Assembly (NCBI GenBank): GCA_963693365.1
Contig: CAVNZM010000002.1
Location: forward strand, 6,971,954-7,035,953
Length of the DNA stretch: 64,000 bases
Source of the DNA: Amoebidium appalachense
Taxonomy: Eukaryota > Protista > Ichthyosporea
Direction: 5' to 3'
In this document: positions 13,662 to 50,088 of the stretch, piece by piece
Numbering within the stretch: the first letter of the stretch is position 1
Layout of the letters: each line of letters starts with the position of its first letter
Translations under genes and position numbers: made by a program
Notes under the pieces: generated by a model
What the model saw: only the letters and a program-made list of their open reading frames with translations
The model's database searches: none
Told to the model about the DNA's origin: nothing

Positions 13662-15994
13662 CTTGGGAAACGAGGGTGCAACCGGAAAACTACCGAAGGT
13701 CAGCGAAGGACAAATCCGCCAAGTTCATGCTGATTGGTTCACACCGCACCACCAGGGGGGAGCAAAACATGTTACCTGGTGGCGCAAACAGGGCGCTAAC
13801 TGGCCCTGACAGAGTAGGAGGCCTTGTAACTGGCAGGCTGGCAGGCCGCACCAGCGCAGCTCTGGCTGCGCCGGCTGCACACGATGCTCCAAGCTATATA
13901 CTGGGGAAAAGGGAGCTGTGACTGTGTTGCTGCTCACAAATTTCAAAACCAGGGGTACGGATAACTCGGCATATGGGCATCTCGGATGATCATCTGATGT
14001 TGTATGTGCGGGGAAGGAGGGCAAGTACAACTTACTCCGGTGTTTGCCGGTGTTAGTGCAAAGTTTTGACACTCACAGCCTGTGGTTAAATTTTGTGACT
14101 CTTTTCTCATTTCAACTATACTGCAATATTGTTACAATATTTAGTATAATTATTGAGTTGCTTAATGGGGGCTTCGACTGCTTCACAATTCGAACATGCG
14201 TTGGACGAACACTACAGCAACAGGCAGAGACCACAAGCCACACTCCAGTCTGCGGACACTCACGCAGAAGAATAAAGGTTCAGCACCCAAAAATGTCACA
14301 GAAGGCCAGGAGACAGCCAAGTAAAAGATAGGCTATAACGACTGCAGAAAAAAGTAGACATAGCAAGAGTGCAGCAAATGTGCCATTTCGCCTACATCAT
14401 GTGCAGAGCGAAATCGGACTTTTTCACAGAGAAGAGTACTAGTATTAAATGTGCGTGCCCAACCTTTTATATCGATGTCTTCTAACAAGACCTTTTGCAG
14501 CATTCCGCGGTGTTGTGCGTAATTCAAACACCATGCATGGCTTTAAATTTCGTGCACAGCACGAGTACACAGATGGGGAGATAGGGACACCAGCGCCACC
14601 AGCCATTCCTTCGCTCACCAAGGCAGCACAGGCATGCTTGGAAGCCACAGAAGGCTGCCGCGTCACAAGGTGGGTAGCTCAGAGTTCCGGGGAGACTTCA
14701 GCAAAGCCATTCACTATCGAAAATCTCTGTGCAGCCCTGGCCAGCCCTCGTGTTGGCTTTTCCTCCTCGCAGGCTGATGCCGGGGCCCCATCCTACCCAA
14801 GCTTGAAAGTCTAACAAAAAGAGAGGGCTATTTTGGTGCCTCTGCTTGTTTGGGAGTGAAGAAGGAGTTTCTTGAGTGCACGTGGTATTTAGCTACGTGT
14901 AATTCTAGCTACAAGCACGTGACGCAGTTGGAGATATGTTACTACGTGCACCATATGCACCCCTTCTAAGTTATAATAGTTTACTAACGGTTACATATTC
15001 ACCAAAAAAGCTAAATTGAAAAATTTATGTAAACAAACAAGAGTGGCGAACGATTCGCATCAAATTCTGGTGAATAAAGAGGGGAGAAGCTTAAGTATGA
15101 ATTATGCACGGCAGTCTTTCTTCGTGCTTCACAATAGCACGAAAGATGTATAGGCCTGATCATGGCTTGCACGAACCGCTTCGAAGACATACACCCTTCG
15201 GAACAGGCATATGCATATGGGCTGCAAGTGTACTGCATATTCACATGCATGCACACAAGGAGGAGAACCTCGAGAATTGATTTCAATAATTCTTTGGCAG
15301 CATTTACTCGCAATCAATGTTCAGTAACCCTCATACTGACTGTAGGGTTAGTCTCCAAGGCTATGTACCCACTGGCTTACGTAAGTGACTGGGCACTACT
15401 ACGGCAACTTGATACCTTGTGTCGCCTGCGGCAACATACAAGGTAAGTCACTCAAAGGTGACTTTTCCGTGCCCAGCACTGTCTGACCCGGCAGATTACG
15501 ATACGTGACGTCACATTTAAATTCTACCTACCAAATATGGTAAAATGCAGTTAGGCAAGCCAATGGAATCTGCTCTAAAAAACTTTAGCGATTGGCTGAG
15601 TTGAACCTGATAATGAGCGAAGCAAACTTTTCAACAATACGCGGTAACCAGACGGTGGTTATGATCTTTTTTTTTATTTTTTTTTGTGGCCACTTAGACA
15701 AAGCGTATTCGGCGGCGAAAGGGCCTAAACGTAGATGTTGCTTAGTTATTAGGTGGGAAACGCAATTGGCAGCTTAAACCTGTTTATCACTTGTTACACA
15801 CCCGCTAAAAGTTGGCTGGGGTTTTTCTTTTTTCTGGACTAAACTGGTGACAGGCAGCAAAGAGCTTGCTACTCGGTCGAACATTGTTTTTTCTTGTTGT
15901 TGCTCATTAAATCCAATTCTTGAATCTCCAGCGTGCGTTTTATTATACTATTAACTAATCGGTGCTCAATACACTTCCGGTTAGAACCGACAAT

Positions 15995-25246
<9,252 letters not shown>

Positions 25247-26029
25247 AAACATTCCGTTAAATTTTATATTTTAAATGACAATGCTCATTGTACGTATAGT
25301 TTGCCATAATCGGTTATGGCTTGGTTATAAGCACTTTATTGTTCTGTGGAAGTTGTGTGATGTGGATGTATGTTGGCTTGTGCATCCAGGCGTCGTGTTT
25401 GGTTGTTTCACTTCATTTTGTGCTTTTTATCTGTTGTTGCAATGATGTTATATATGATCTGTGAACATGGGTGGTATGTTAAGTAATGGCGCTATGAATG
25501 CTACAACACATGGGGTGATTGCAAGATTAGATCATGTTGACCATTTATGGAAATAGCAAGCGTGCAGCTGCAATCTTTCACAACAAACGCGAGCCACATC
25601 CAACAAGAGAAAGAGCAACACATCAAGAATTACCACTTTTTCCATACATGATGCTAAGACATTGTAGCACATATGCTGAGCACATATGGGGACACACACC
25701 GATCATTACCATGCATAATTGATGTTTTTTCATTCCACCCGTTCTATGCACGTAGTATACACACTGTCTGACTGTGGATCATGTAAATGGTGTTTTGGTG
25801 CGGTGGGCAATTAATGGGGTGCAGTGCACTCCATTTTATAACTTTTAAATTTAAACGAACATCGACTTATGTTTTATACGTGTTTGTGTGCGACTTTTGA
25901 GTTAGAGGAACAATGTCAGACTCTCCGGAACAAAGCACGATTGTGAAATACACAATATGCATATTTGTCGCTGCGCACGCACACACGTGCATGGATCCAT
26001 ATGAAAATCATGCATGATATATCTGTGCA

Positions 26030-26192
26030 TGTTCATTCGTGGATAGGCATGTAGCCCATTTCATTCGTGGTTATGCATACAGCCTTTTTCATTCGTGGAC
26101 ATATGCACGCAGCTTTTTCATTCGCGATCGTGGACATATGCACGCAGCTTTTTCATTCGTGGATAGGCATACAGCCCATTTCATTCGTGCAC
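26030..26192 (+). repeat. Degenerate tandem repeat TTCATTCGTGGATAGGCATACAGCCCAT (about 28 bp)
   Basis: About 6 units between the convergent MO25 and GTF3C5 3' ends. Confidence 0.75.
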
Positions 26193-26308
26193 AGGCACAC
26201 GGGTGCCATCTTTAACACACGGTCGACCAGCCACCAAACACCAACACCCATTCGTACCATATTCAAGTTAACACAAGTACACGGCCCATATGCATCACGT
26301 GCATTTAA

Positions 26309-26412
26309 AAGAGGGCTTCTTTTAGGCCGACTTATTGGCCACTAACGGGTCATGCGCATTGCTCCAATCATATTGCACACATCCCTTCCGGGTCTGACCC
26401 GACCCGGATTCC
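26309..26412. mobile_element. Same MITE family, truncated
   Basis: TTAA then AAGAGGGCTTCTTTT ... CGGGTCTGACCCGACCCGG. Confidence 0.55.
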
Positions 26413-26540
26413 TTTGAGCTCAAACGTAGTTGGTACAATGACATGTTGCATTCCATATCCCCCCCCCCCCCCCCCCCCTCCCCCCCCCCCCCCCCCCCCC
26501 CCCCTTCTTCCTTCTTCCCAATTTCGTTCGTTCCACATGA

Positions 26541-40647
<14,107 letters not shown>

Positions 40648-40995
40648 AGCTGAGCCCCTGCGCACAGACACCAGAAAGATGCGGGTGAAAAAACACACGT
40701 GTAAAGCGGCTACACAGAAACGAAGACACAGGCACACGATTCGTGACACGAAGCAATAACCACTGTTAGTCTACAATGGCAGACTGCAAGCGTGCATATT
40801 GGAAGTGAGTTTACAATGCGCGTGCACACGGGAAGACTCATGTCCCGAGGCGGGATGCGAAGGTGCATGAAGAACAAAGGTAGCAGGGACAAAGCAGCCT
40901 TTTTATTATTATCACTAGCTTGCACTAGGGATAGACCACACCAACCACATTCATGTCCGTAAAGTACAACGCGGTAGTGTATAATTGTATTCCAC

Positions 40996-41916
40996 CACGG
41001 CCCTCTGAAAAAAAGACGGCCTGGATACACTACGTCATAAAATCGCATTCCATTGTGCTCGTGGTATTTCGATCCACTGGATTCCGGCCCTAAAACGAGA
41101 TGTCGGCACAGAACATGTATGTTGTTGTTTTTCGTTTACGTCTCGCTTTTTTTGGTTCAAAGACGGAGACATCGGTAACATGGCTGACGGCGGGACTGGC
41201 CTTATGAAGGGAGCTGCTCCTCCCGAGCCTGGAATGGATAAGAAGAGGAGTAACGGTCTGCGTAGCAACAAAATCGGTAACATATGCAGTGTTCCAGGCT
41301 GCAGAGGCAACTACGACGACCAAAACAAGGTTTTCGTTTACAAATTCCCCAACCCAAACGACGGGCGCATTAAAAGCAAGACGCTACGCGAAGAAACACG
41401 GAACCTTCTCAGTGCGTGGCTACGTGCTGTGCCGAGGCAGTGGCCTGAGAACTTCGACCCGCACGGTGTTGCGCGGGCCTGCTGCCGTCACTTTCCCGCC
41501 CATGACATCGTTAAAAAAGGTGGCAAAACGTGGCCTAGGCCAGGCGCCGTCCCGAGCATTTTTCCCAACTGCCCCAGTTACCTGAGCGCCCCTTCCGCGC
41601 CTCCTCGTAAGGACCCGGAAGAGAGAGCCGCAAAGATGGAGAAGGTTCGGGCAAGGCAAGAGGAAGAGGCAGTAGCGAGGAAGCGCCAGAAGGAGATGTT
41701 CGTGTTCGGCCAGCTTGTTGTCCGTGCCCTGGAAATAGCGGAGCGGCACGCCGGCTGGAGGGTTTACGGAGGAAACACAGTGGTCGCTGGCGTTTACGAG
41801 CAAGACAATGGTACCCCCCCCCCCTCAAAATCCCCTCCAATGTCCTCATGCCCTCGCCCCCTCACCCCCTCACCCCCCCAACACACAAGGTCACATGAGG
41901 AGTCGACCGGCATGAA

Positions 41917-41950
<34 letters not shown>

Positions 41951-42036
41951 TTGTGTGTGTCTGTGTGTGACACTGTGTGTGTGTGTGTGTGTGTGTGACA
42001 CGTGTGTGTGTGCGCGCGCATCAGTGTGTTTGTGTG

Positions 42037-42078
<42 letters not shown>

Positions 42079-42376
42079 TGTGTCGGGATGGGTGGGTGGG
42101 GAGGGGGGGGGGGGGGGGGGGGGGGGGGGCTTTTCCATATGGTTTTTCACATGCCAAGCGTAGTCAAATGTGGTGCCACACAGATTTTGCTGACTTTTAA
42201 TTTGCAGGCCAGTCTCATCCGCTATCTCCTGGACAGCGGCGTGAGCGGCGAGAAGCTCAGCTTTGTGCTCACCAGAAAGTTTCAAACCGACCCCCTTGAG
42301 GGTGCTTTTGGCACAATCCGACAGTACAGCGGTGGGAACTACAACGTTGGGACAGCACAGGTGGGTACCTCCCCTC

Positions 42377-42438
<62 letters not shown>

Positions 42439-42793
42439 ACGCACACCCCTACCCTACTCAGCCACCCACCCACTGCCTGCAACAATGAAACACAAGAGAT
42501 ACATCACACACACACGATTCATACAGCAATACAAAGAACAGAGACAGAACAGATATAGGATGATTTGGTGATTCACCTTAATAATGGGATAGTGGTGTCA
42601 TGACATGGTGGCACCGGGGAATAAAATAATCAGGAGAAAAAAAAAAGGGGAGGGGGGGGGGGGGGATAGCGAGAGAGGCAGGGACGGAAGAAGGGGTTGG
42701 AGGAGGAGGGGAGGGGGAGGGGGGGGGGTATCAGGATAAAAGGAGTGTGGTGAAAAGAAAGGGTGCAAAGAAAACTGAACGAAAAATGAAAGT

Positions 42794-42830
<37 letters not shown>

Positions 42831-42916
42831 CTGTTGAACTCAAACCACAAAAATGCACACACGTACACGCACACACACACACACACACACAGACACACAG
42901 ACACACATACACCAAA

Positions 42917-42988
<72 letters not shown>

Positions 42989-44763
42989 ATACATACACAA
43001 CCCCACGCAGATATACCTAAACCATGCTTGTGTACACACGAAGATATGCTATGATACACTGCTTGCGCGCCCGCGCCATAGTGTGTCATATTAAAATTTT
43101 ATAGCCACGTGCCATCTATATATACACAAATCACACAATAAACTCACCTCTATGAACAGACTCTCCAGGCCGTCAAAAGGATACGGGTGCAGAAGCTGGC
43201 AAAGCTGGCAGTGCAGACGGGCACAAGTGTAACACAGCTGTTCGACAACATGAACACAGCGCTCAACAGCAAACGCAAAACGATCACCATCAAGACCATT
43301 CTCCCACTCTACAACAACACCATCTGGGGCCACGTCTATAAAATCAGCGAAGACATCAGAAAGCCAGAGGTGCTAACCTACCGGGCAGGGTTCTGTGTGC
43401 ACGCGCTTCACGTGCGCAGTGTTGGCTGCAACACATGTCGTGCACATCTCGAAATCACCACACCCAACAAAAACACCAACACACCCACTGAAACAAGCAC
43501 CACAGCTACCGAAACAGCCACCACTACGGCCGGGAGAGCCACAGACGATCACTACCGACTCATCCGCGCCGCCAATCGGGGGGGCCTGACTTTCCCTTCA
43601 TCACCAACAGTGAGCATTGTCACATTGGTCTACGGTGTGGTGGAGGCACTGCTAAAGCCACTGGTCAACACGTACCTTCCGGGGGGCAGCCATAGAACGG
43701 TGGCTGTGCTACTCAGCGAACATGCAGTCAAAAGGTACAATACCGATAAGGCACTTATGGACGAGTGTGGGGTGTGCGGCACGCAAAAGAGAGCACTAGT
43801 GGAACGACTGATAACCGTTGCAACCAACTGCCACCTGAGCGCGTATGTGCGTCAACGCAAGGAACAAGCGAAGAAAGCACCCAACAAAGCAAACCGGAAA
43901 GCCAAAACAGTGCAGGCGGCCGCTTTGGCGGCGAGCGAGGCCGCCGCGGGGGCAGGCGTCCCCGCCACAGTTGCAGGGAGCATGCCGTCGACAAAACCAG
44001 CAAAGAAGAAAAAGGAGAGCAAAACAGAGGAAAAGGGAGGCGAAGGGAGGAAGAAGGGAAAGAAAGGTGAAAACAAAACAACCACGGCGGAACCACCTAC
44101 CGTCGAGTGGGAGATGGAGGGAAACGATGACGAGCTGGTGGCTGCACTGGAGGCAGCAGAGGCGGAGTACGATTGGATGGTAGAGGCGTATTTGGAGGAA
44201 GCAGAGCTCTAGCGGCTTTGTCAGTGTTTTCTAACCCTCTTTCTTTTCTTTTTTTGCCAGTAGGTAGAGGTGTGAGGGTTTGCCGGGGGGGGGGGGGGGG
44301 GGGGGCTACACAGTGTTTATTGGTTGGTGGTTAGTGTTGCAGGACATAGACGTTCTAATACTTAACATACAGGTAGTATTATGTTACCTAGTGGATAGAA
44401 ACACCTTTGAGAGAATATACGCAAAGAAGAGTTCTAGTTTTGTAGTAGATTTTTGCTCACGGCCGTGTTTGTGTAAACGTGAACTGCTCAATAGATATAA
44501 CTATACTGAGACTCAGCTACACTATTATGTACACTATGCCAAAACTTTGTGCTATAGGGCTTGCGCATATTACTCTAAGACAAAAAAACGCCCTAGAACA
44601 TAGGAAGCACTTCATAAACTTTTGTCGTTTTTTTTTTCCTTCCGTTTTCCTTCATAATCTGCGCACTGATAGTAGTTTGCTAGCGAATCCAGTGGATCGA
44701 AATACCAATCTGCTCTTTTGACCCCGTTCTGCGGCCAGGCCGTCTTTTTTTCAGAGGGCCGTG
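40996..44763 (+). mobile_element. P-element-superfamily DNA transposon, internally deleted, with spliceosomal introns
   Basis: Perfect 29-bp TIRs CACGGCCCTCTGAAAAAAAGACGGCCTGG (40996-41024 / 44735-44763). 7-bp TSD ATTCCAC (40989-40995 / 44764-44770). 23-bp subterminal inverted repeats (41062-41084 / 44685-44707). Contains THAP and P-transposase C-terminal exons. Confidence 0.92.
41180..44212 (+). pseudogene. THAP-domain P transposase (THAP9-like) missing its central catalytic/GTP-binding exons
   Basis: Exon 41180-41810 encodes THAP (CSVPGC..FP..W..CCRHF..AVPSIF) plus a charged coiled-coil. Exon 42208-42360 reads FVLTRKFQTDPLEGAFGTIRQYSGGNYN. Exon 43160-44212 has LTYRAGF..CNTC..NRGGLTFPS. The exon 1 donor is phase 1 but the next acceptor is phase 0. 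Confidence 0.85.
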
Positions 44764-44807
44764 ATTCCACTCATCCCGCCTGGCGGGTCTGTCTACCCCT
44801 GCCCAGT

Positions 44808-45643
44808 AGACCTGTGTGATCGGCTCGCCGCCGGGGGCTCGTCGGCCGTTGGTATGCGGTCAAATTCCTCGTATCAGTTCAACGATCTGTGTGATTAGAC
44901 CTGGCCGGGCCCATCGCCACCCCGACGAGCCTGTCGGCCATAAAATGAGGTGTCGATTTCCATCCCGTCAGGGCTCGTCGCCAGTTAACGCTGATTGGCT
45001 AAAAGTTTTGGCGCGCTTAACATTGATTGGCTGTTTTTGGCGGCAGCCTTCATAAAGCAGCGACGCTGGCGGTTGAGGTCAGTTTGCATCGCCCGTTTTT
45101 CCAAATAACACGACACCGCAAACATGAGTCAGCCTCAGTACACTGCACCCCAGCTTCGTGCCATTATTACGAGCGCAGCTGGGTATGACGGTTGGGTGGA
45201 GGAGCTGGCCCGTGGTCTGGCTCGTGACCATGGCCTCTTTGACGGCCCTAGCTATGGAAACCAAGGCCTGAGAGTTCTGTAAAGCCATGTTATAGCCGGC
45301 ATTTACCAGAGCCGTAACAAACCCTTCCAACAACAGCAAACATGATTGAGCAGCTGATGTTATAAACAGCATGTACAGCTTTACAAGCTCTTCTTCTGAG
45401 GGTGGCCACATTTTCTACTAATTTCTCGCCCACTTCGAAAGATGCTGAGAAAAAAACTGAAAAAACTGAGACAAAAGAAAAGCTGAAAATAGAAAAAACG
45501 TTCCCGAAAATGTGACAGGCCCGGCTGGGTCGCCGAGCTTGACCGGCCCGTGGCTCACGCATCTGTCCTGCCGACAGGCTGGGCGGAGGCGCCGCCGGGC
45601 CCATCGACATCTGGCCCGGGCAGCGGGCTGATCACACAGGTCC
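44808..45643. mobile_element. Non-autonomous TIR element, PIF/Harbinger-like
   Basis: Imperfect TIRs AGACCTGTGTGATCGGCTCGCCGC versus (reverse complement) GGACCTGTGTGATCAGCCCGCTGC, with 3-bp AGT on both flanks (44805-44807, 45644-45646). Superfamily is inferred from the 3-bp TSD and purine termini. Confidence 0.6.
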
Positions 45644-46287
45644 AGTGGCATTGTGACGTCATTTATAATGGACTGCATTGCCCAAGGACTTCAGACTTAG
45701 CAGCAAAGAACACAACGCTACCAGCGCTTCTGTAAATACTATTATAGTACAGTGGCATTTACACAAGCAATGAACTCACTAATTAATGATACAGCCTACA
45801 TGTTGTTATAGTCGTACTGCATGGTTCCGAGTAGTACAGTCTTTTCAGTGTAGGCCGTGATGATGTGTACATGTAGCCAGGCGATCCAGTTTAAAATCTC
45901 CCGCCAAGCACCACTTTCGGCCAATAGGAATGCTGACTGGCCAACCAATCGGATCGATGATTGACACAAACTCTATGAGAGATATGATAGCCCAATTCCG
46001 GAAATAAGTGGAAATCGTTTCCGGAAATTTCCATTTCCGGAAATGGGATGGAATTTAGATATGTTGTTGCTTTCGATTTGCTTATTGGCTCGGCTCAGCC
46101 AGGTGGCCCCCCGGGCACGATCATCAGAAACGTACACGGCATGCACTGCCTCTCTACGAACAAAATTCAAATAAACATGTACACACCGCACGAAGAAAAC
46201 CCCTCTACCCTATCCTCCCCCTCCACTACCCTCAATGCGTGGGCGTGTGTTTGTGTACGTGTGTGTGTGTGTGTGTATGCGTGTTTG

Positions 46288-46371
<84 letters not shown>

Positions 46372-46885
46372 CACTGTGTGTGTGTGTGTGTGTACACGTG
46401 TGTGTGTGTACATGTATGTGTGTGTGTGCATGTGTGCCAGTGGGTGTGTCTGTGTGTGTGTGTGTGCCGTAGCCAATCAGCAAGAGACTAGCTAAAGAAG
46501 GGGAAATGCAACACAGCTCGGGCGGGTGGGTGGGGCTAAGTAGGGGCCGACGGGGAAACGTCAAAGCTAAGACGAGTAGAACGAGTCGCCGCCTATATAC
46601 CATAGTCGGCTCCCTAGTGGCCACTGGTTGTTGGAACACTATTCCAACCAATCAGTTGGCCTAAATACATCTCTAAATAGAGCTTGCGAAGTATTTAGAT
46701 ATGTTGTTGCTATCTGCGACCACATGTTTATTTTACATATATAATACACAAAGCTGGATGGCAGGAGCGGCGCGGCGAGTGATTTTCATCCAATCATTAA
46801 GGGGGGTGGGTGCTGTCGTCCAATAGGATGGCACGCATTCGCCAAGACCGGACACCGACCGGAAACACCACTTCTTCGGGGGCTA

Positions 46886-47354
46886 GGTCCGTGTGAACCT
46901 GTGCCAATCCCTTGCACCACCGGCCACCATAAGGCGGTGTCCCACACCGGGACCACTAATATTCCCTGCGCACATTCCCGCTGAATCTTCGCCACTGTCC
47001 GCTTGATCAACGGAAACGGTGGCGCCCACCAGCTGGGGCCTGCCATTCGGTGGCAAGCCCATCCTGCCCACCGCTCACGGGGACCACCGTGGTCCATGTG
47101 TGAAACGTGGGTTTGACTGCTGTCACAGGTGTAGCAAACCGATCCACCGCCGTGTGCAATCCGAGTGTCTGCTCGATACGCTCGACCGGGCCCCGCAGGG
47201 GCAACCGACCACTAGTGGCGGGGATCAATCCGCGACAACCAATCGCACAGTCGTTCACTTCGCCCGGAATGTATGACAGCTCTTGGGGCCAGGGGAGCCC
47301 CTTTTCCAAACACAACTTGAAAACCAGGTTGTGTATCATAGCGTAGGCAGACAC
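46886..47354 (-). pseudogene. DIRS/Ngaro-type retrotransposon pol relic (RNase H end + methyltransferase-like domain), frameshifted
   Basis: Fragments across frames: LSYIPGEVN, VDRFAT, WWAPPFPLIKRTVAKIQ...GILVVPVWDTALWWP. These match the RNase H-to-MT region of tyrosine-recombinase retrotransposons. Confidence 0.7.
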
Positions 47355-47459
47355 TGATCATTTGGATTGTGTCAATCTTGAGATCGGACTAACCCCGCGG
47401 TCGCCAATGAAAACCAGGCTGTGTATCATAGCGTAGGCAGACACTGATCATTTGGATTG
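47318..47459 (+). repeat. 52-bp direct duplication (90-bp period)
   Basis: TGAAAACCAGG(T/C)TGTGTATCATAGCGTAGGCAGACACTGATCATTTGGATTG at 47318-47369 and 47408-47459. Confidence 0.9.
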
Positions 47460-47679
47460 CCAGCTAGAACCAATCTATCATGATTACATGTATACCGACA
47501 CATTAGAGATCGATGAGACATATTTCGTACAAGGACTCGGAGAGTGACATTTTCATTAATCCTATAACCGAAGACACAACCGGCCCAAACTGAAAAGATC
47601 TTACCTAATGTAGATACTACATACTACAACATCCCTACTTAAGACTTTGAAGTTTGTCTTATCATATCCCCACTGAACT

Positions 47680-47742
47680 AGTGAAATCTCCGAGTCCCCA
47701 CTTGAGAACAGAAACGAAAAAGGAAAGTGTGTGGGTTCCCCG

Positions 47743-47782
<40 letters not shown>

Positions 47783-49035
47783 GTAGTTGACGGCCAGGTT
47801 GATGATACCACGGTGATGAGCAGTGACGATGCCGAGGCCGTGGACGTCGGTCGGGGGGCACGGCTCGAGAGGAGAGAAGTACTCCTTGACGGGGCACACA
47901 TGGACGTTGGAGGCCGAGTCCCAGCTGGGGTCCATGGGAAGGGAGGCCGTGGTGGAGACGAGGGCAAAATGCAACTCTTTGCCAGACTTGGTGCTGGCAC
48001 GGTGACGACGGGCAACGGAGCAGCCAGGTTTGTCACACTGTGTGACATGATGGTTCTCGTGGCAGTAGGCACAGTCAAGGGAGCCAGTGGTCTTGGCATG
48101 GGTTTGGTGGTGATGACGGTTACCCCCTTTACGTGGGGGGTAGGGTGACCGGGAACGGGGACCGGGGGAACGGGATCGTGAGTAATCACGGTCGACGGAG
48201 GGAGATCTATCGTTGGGACGACCACGGGGGTGACGGGAGACGGAGCTGTCACGTCGGGGGATCCGGTGACGGAGGTCGTCCTTGGTGAGGACACGGCTTT
48301 GCAGGGCACGTGCTGTACGGACGGAGGAGGAAGACCCGGACCCAGAGTCGATGAGATTTTCACGGATCTCTGCAGCTCGGATGTCACTGATGAGACGGTT
48401 GTAGGTGTCGTAGCTGATGTGACGACGGAAATAGTCGGCAATCATGGCCTGGATCATGATGTCAGAACAAACCAGCTTACGGTTCTTCTTGAGGTGGATG
48501 AAGAGGTTGTCAACCATGGTCTTGTCGGGGATGGGCAGTCATCGAGGATGTGCAGGGTAGTGCACAGACGACGTGCCATGGTGAGGTAGGCCGTGACGGT
48601 CTTGAAGTCCTTGAGTTCAAGCTCATGATAATCGAGGAGGATTTGACGAGCACGATCTTCACGTTCAGCCGCATAGGTCATACGGAGGTTGTGGAAAGCT
48701 TGGGCAGGTGACACATCATCGTGGATTTGACCAGAGTTATACAGCTCATCATTGGAGACGAGTTGAGTAAACATCTGTTCAAGGAAGTTGGAAGCCTCGG
48801 TGTAGTCCTCCTCAGTGTCATAGCCGTGCCACTCGTTCCCGTCGGAAGGATCGACCCACTCGGGGGCCTTGATGATGGGCACTAACTTGGCCGCAATGGT
48901 AGTACGTAGGTACTGGAAGATGACGGGTTCCCACTCATAATAGGTGAGACGTTTGCCGGACTTCTTGTCCGTGGTGTCCTCCCCTTTCCAGGGGGTGAGG
49001 TTGAGGTACGCGGCCTTCTCCGACATGTTGATCAT
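47680..49035 (-). mobile_element. Ty1/Copia gag-protease ORF, 3'-truncated, one frameshift near 48530
   Basis: Gag core, RS-rich linker, zinc knuckle CAYCHENHHVTQC and Copia-type protease WDSASNVHVCP..YFSPLEP...VHGLGIVTA..GIINL. No integrase or RT follows. Confidence 0.85.
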
Positions 49036-49131
49036 ACAGTCAGATGATGCGCGGGAGAGGATTCAGATCGGTATTCAAATTTGAATATTTCCGATTGCAG
49101 CGAGAAAATGTGTTGCGAGAGCATGCGAAAA

Positions 49132-49145
49132 CTGGGCCTTTAACC
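49132..49145 (-). promoter_or_regulatory. Copia primer-binding site
   Basis: GGTTAAAGGCCCAG directly after the LTR terminal CAACA on the minus strand, resembling the GGTTATGGGCCC Copia PBS. Confidence 0.65.
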
Positions 49146-49883
49146 TGTTGTTTTGTACGGTTCTAAGGGAGCAGAGTGCACAGAGGGGTCATGTAAAACA
49201 CGACCAACACAATAAAGAGAGGGCAATCGGAGTTGTTTACGACACATGAATGAGTTCAAACAACAACTGAATCTTTATTGTGCTCTCGGGTCTTTTTGTA
49301 TTTGCAACTTATCATCATATCTCAACCAAAAAGGGAGAACCAATCGGTTCTATCAGATGATAGAAAAACACATTCCGACAGAGCATACGCATTCCAACTT
49401 CCGACCTAACTGAAGCTTAGAAACTCTTACTTAAATAACTTAATTAATTATACATCTTGTCACTATTAATACACATATATATTTATACTCGTCTCTATAA
49501 AGAAACTCATTTAAATACATATATTAGTAAATAATTAAATAGTCGACACTCTCAAAGCGAAGACACATTACGATAAACCGAATGAATCCATATATCTCTA
49601 TTGTGTCCAATCATAACACGTATATTAATAGACAGGAATGCACAACACGATCTATAGATGTACTCACTCGTGACTATTGGTAAGTCATCTTATTGTGAAC
49701 TAAAACTAAACCTCTTTGAACTAAAACAAAGACAACGAATATAGCTAGCCAATCACGCTACCTCTCAGATAAACAGAGGAGAGCAAACACAGATAAAATA
49801 CAATAAGTTCTATCAGGCAAGAGAGCCAGGTGTGCACAGATCTACAGATATCTATGCACACTAGAAACAAGGGAGAGAGAGAG

Positions 49884-49957
<74 letters not shown>

Positions 49958-50088
49958 GAGAAAGAAAAGAGAAAAAGAGAGAGCGAGGGGAGAGCACAAA
50001 GAAGGGGAGCAGACACGAATACAAACAAAGTTAAGACACATACATACTTCAAGACTCTTGCTGTCCTACGTAGTGACGTATTCCAACA
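49146..50088 (-). repeat. 5' LTR of the Copia element (about 943 bp)
   Basis: Bounded by TGTTG...CAACA and adjacent to the PBS. 49146-49654 is repeated at 62955-63456. The far boundary at 50088 is inferred from the terminal motif only. Confidence 0.7.
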
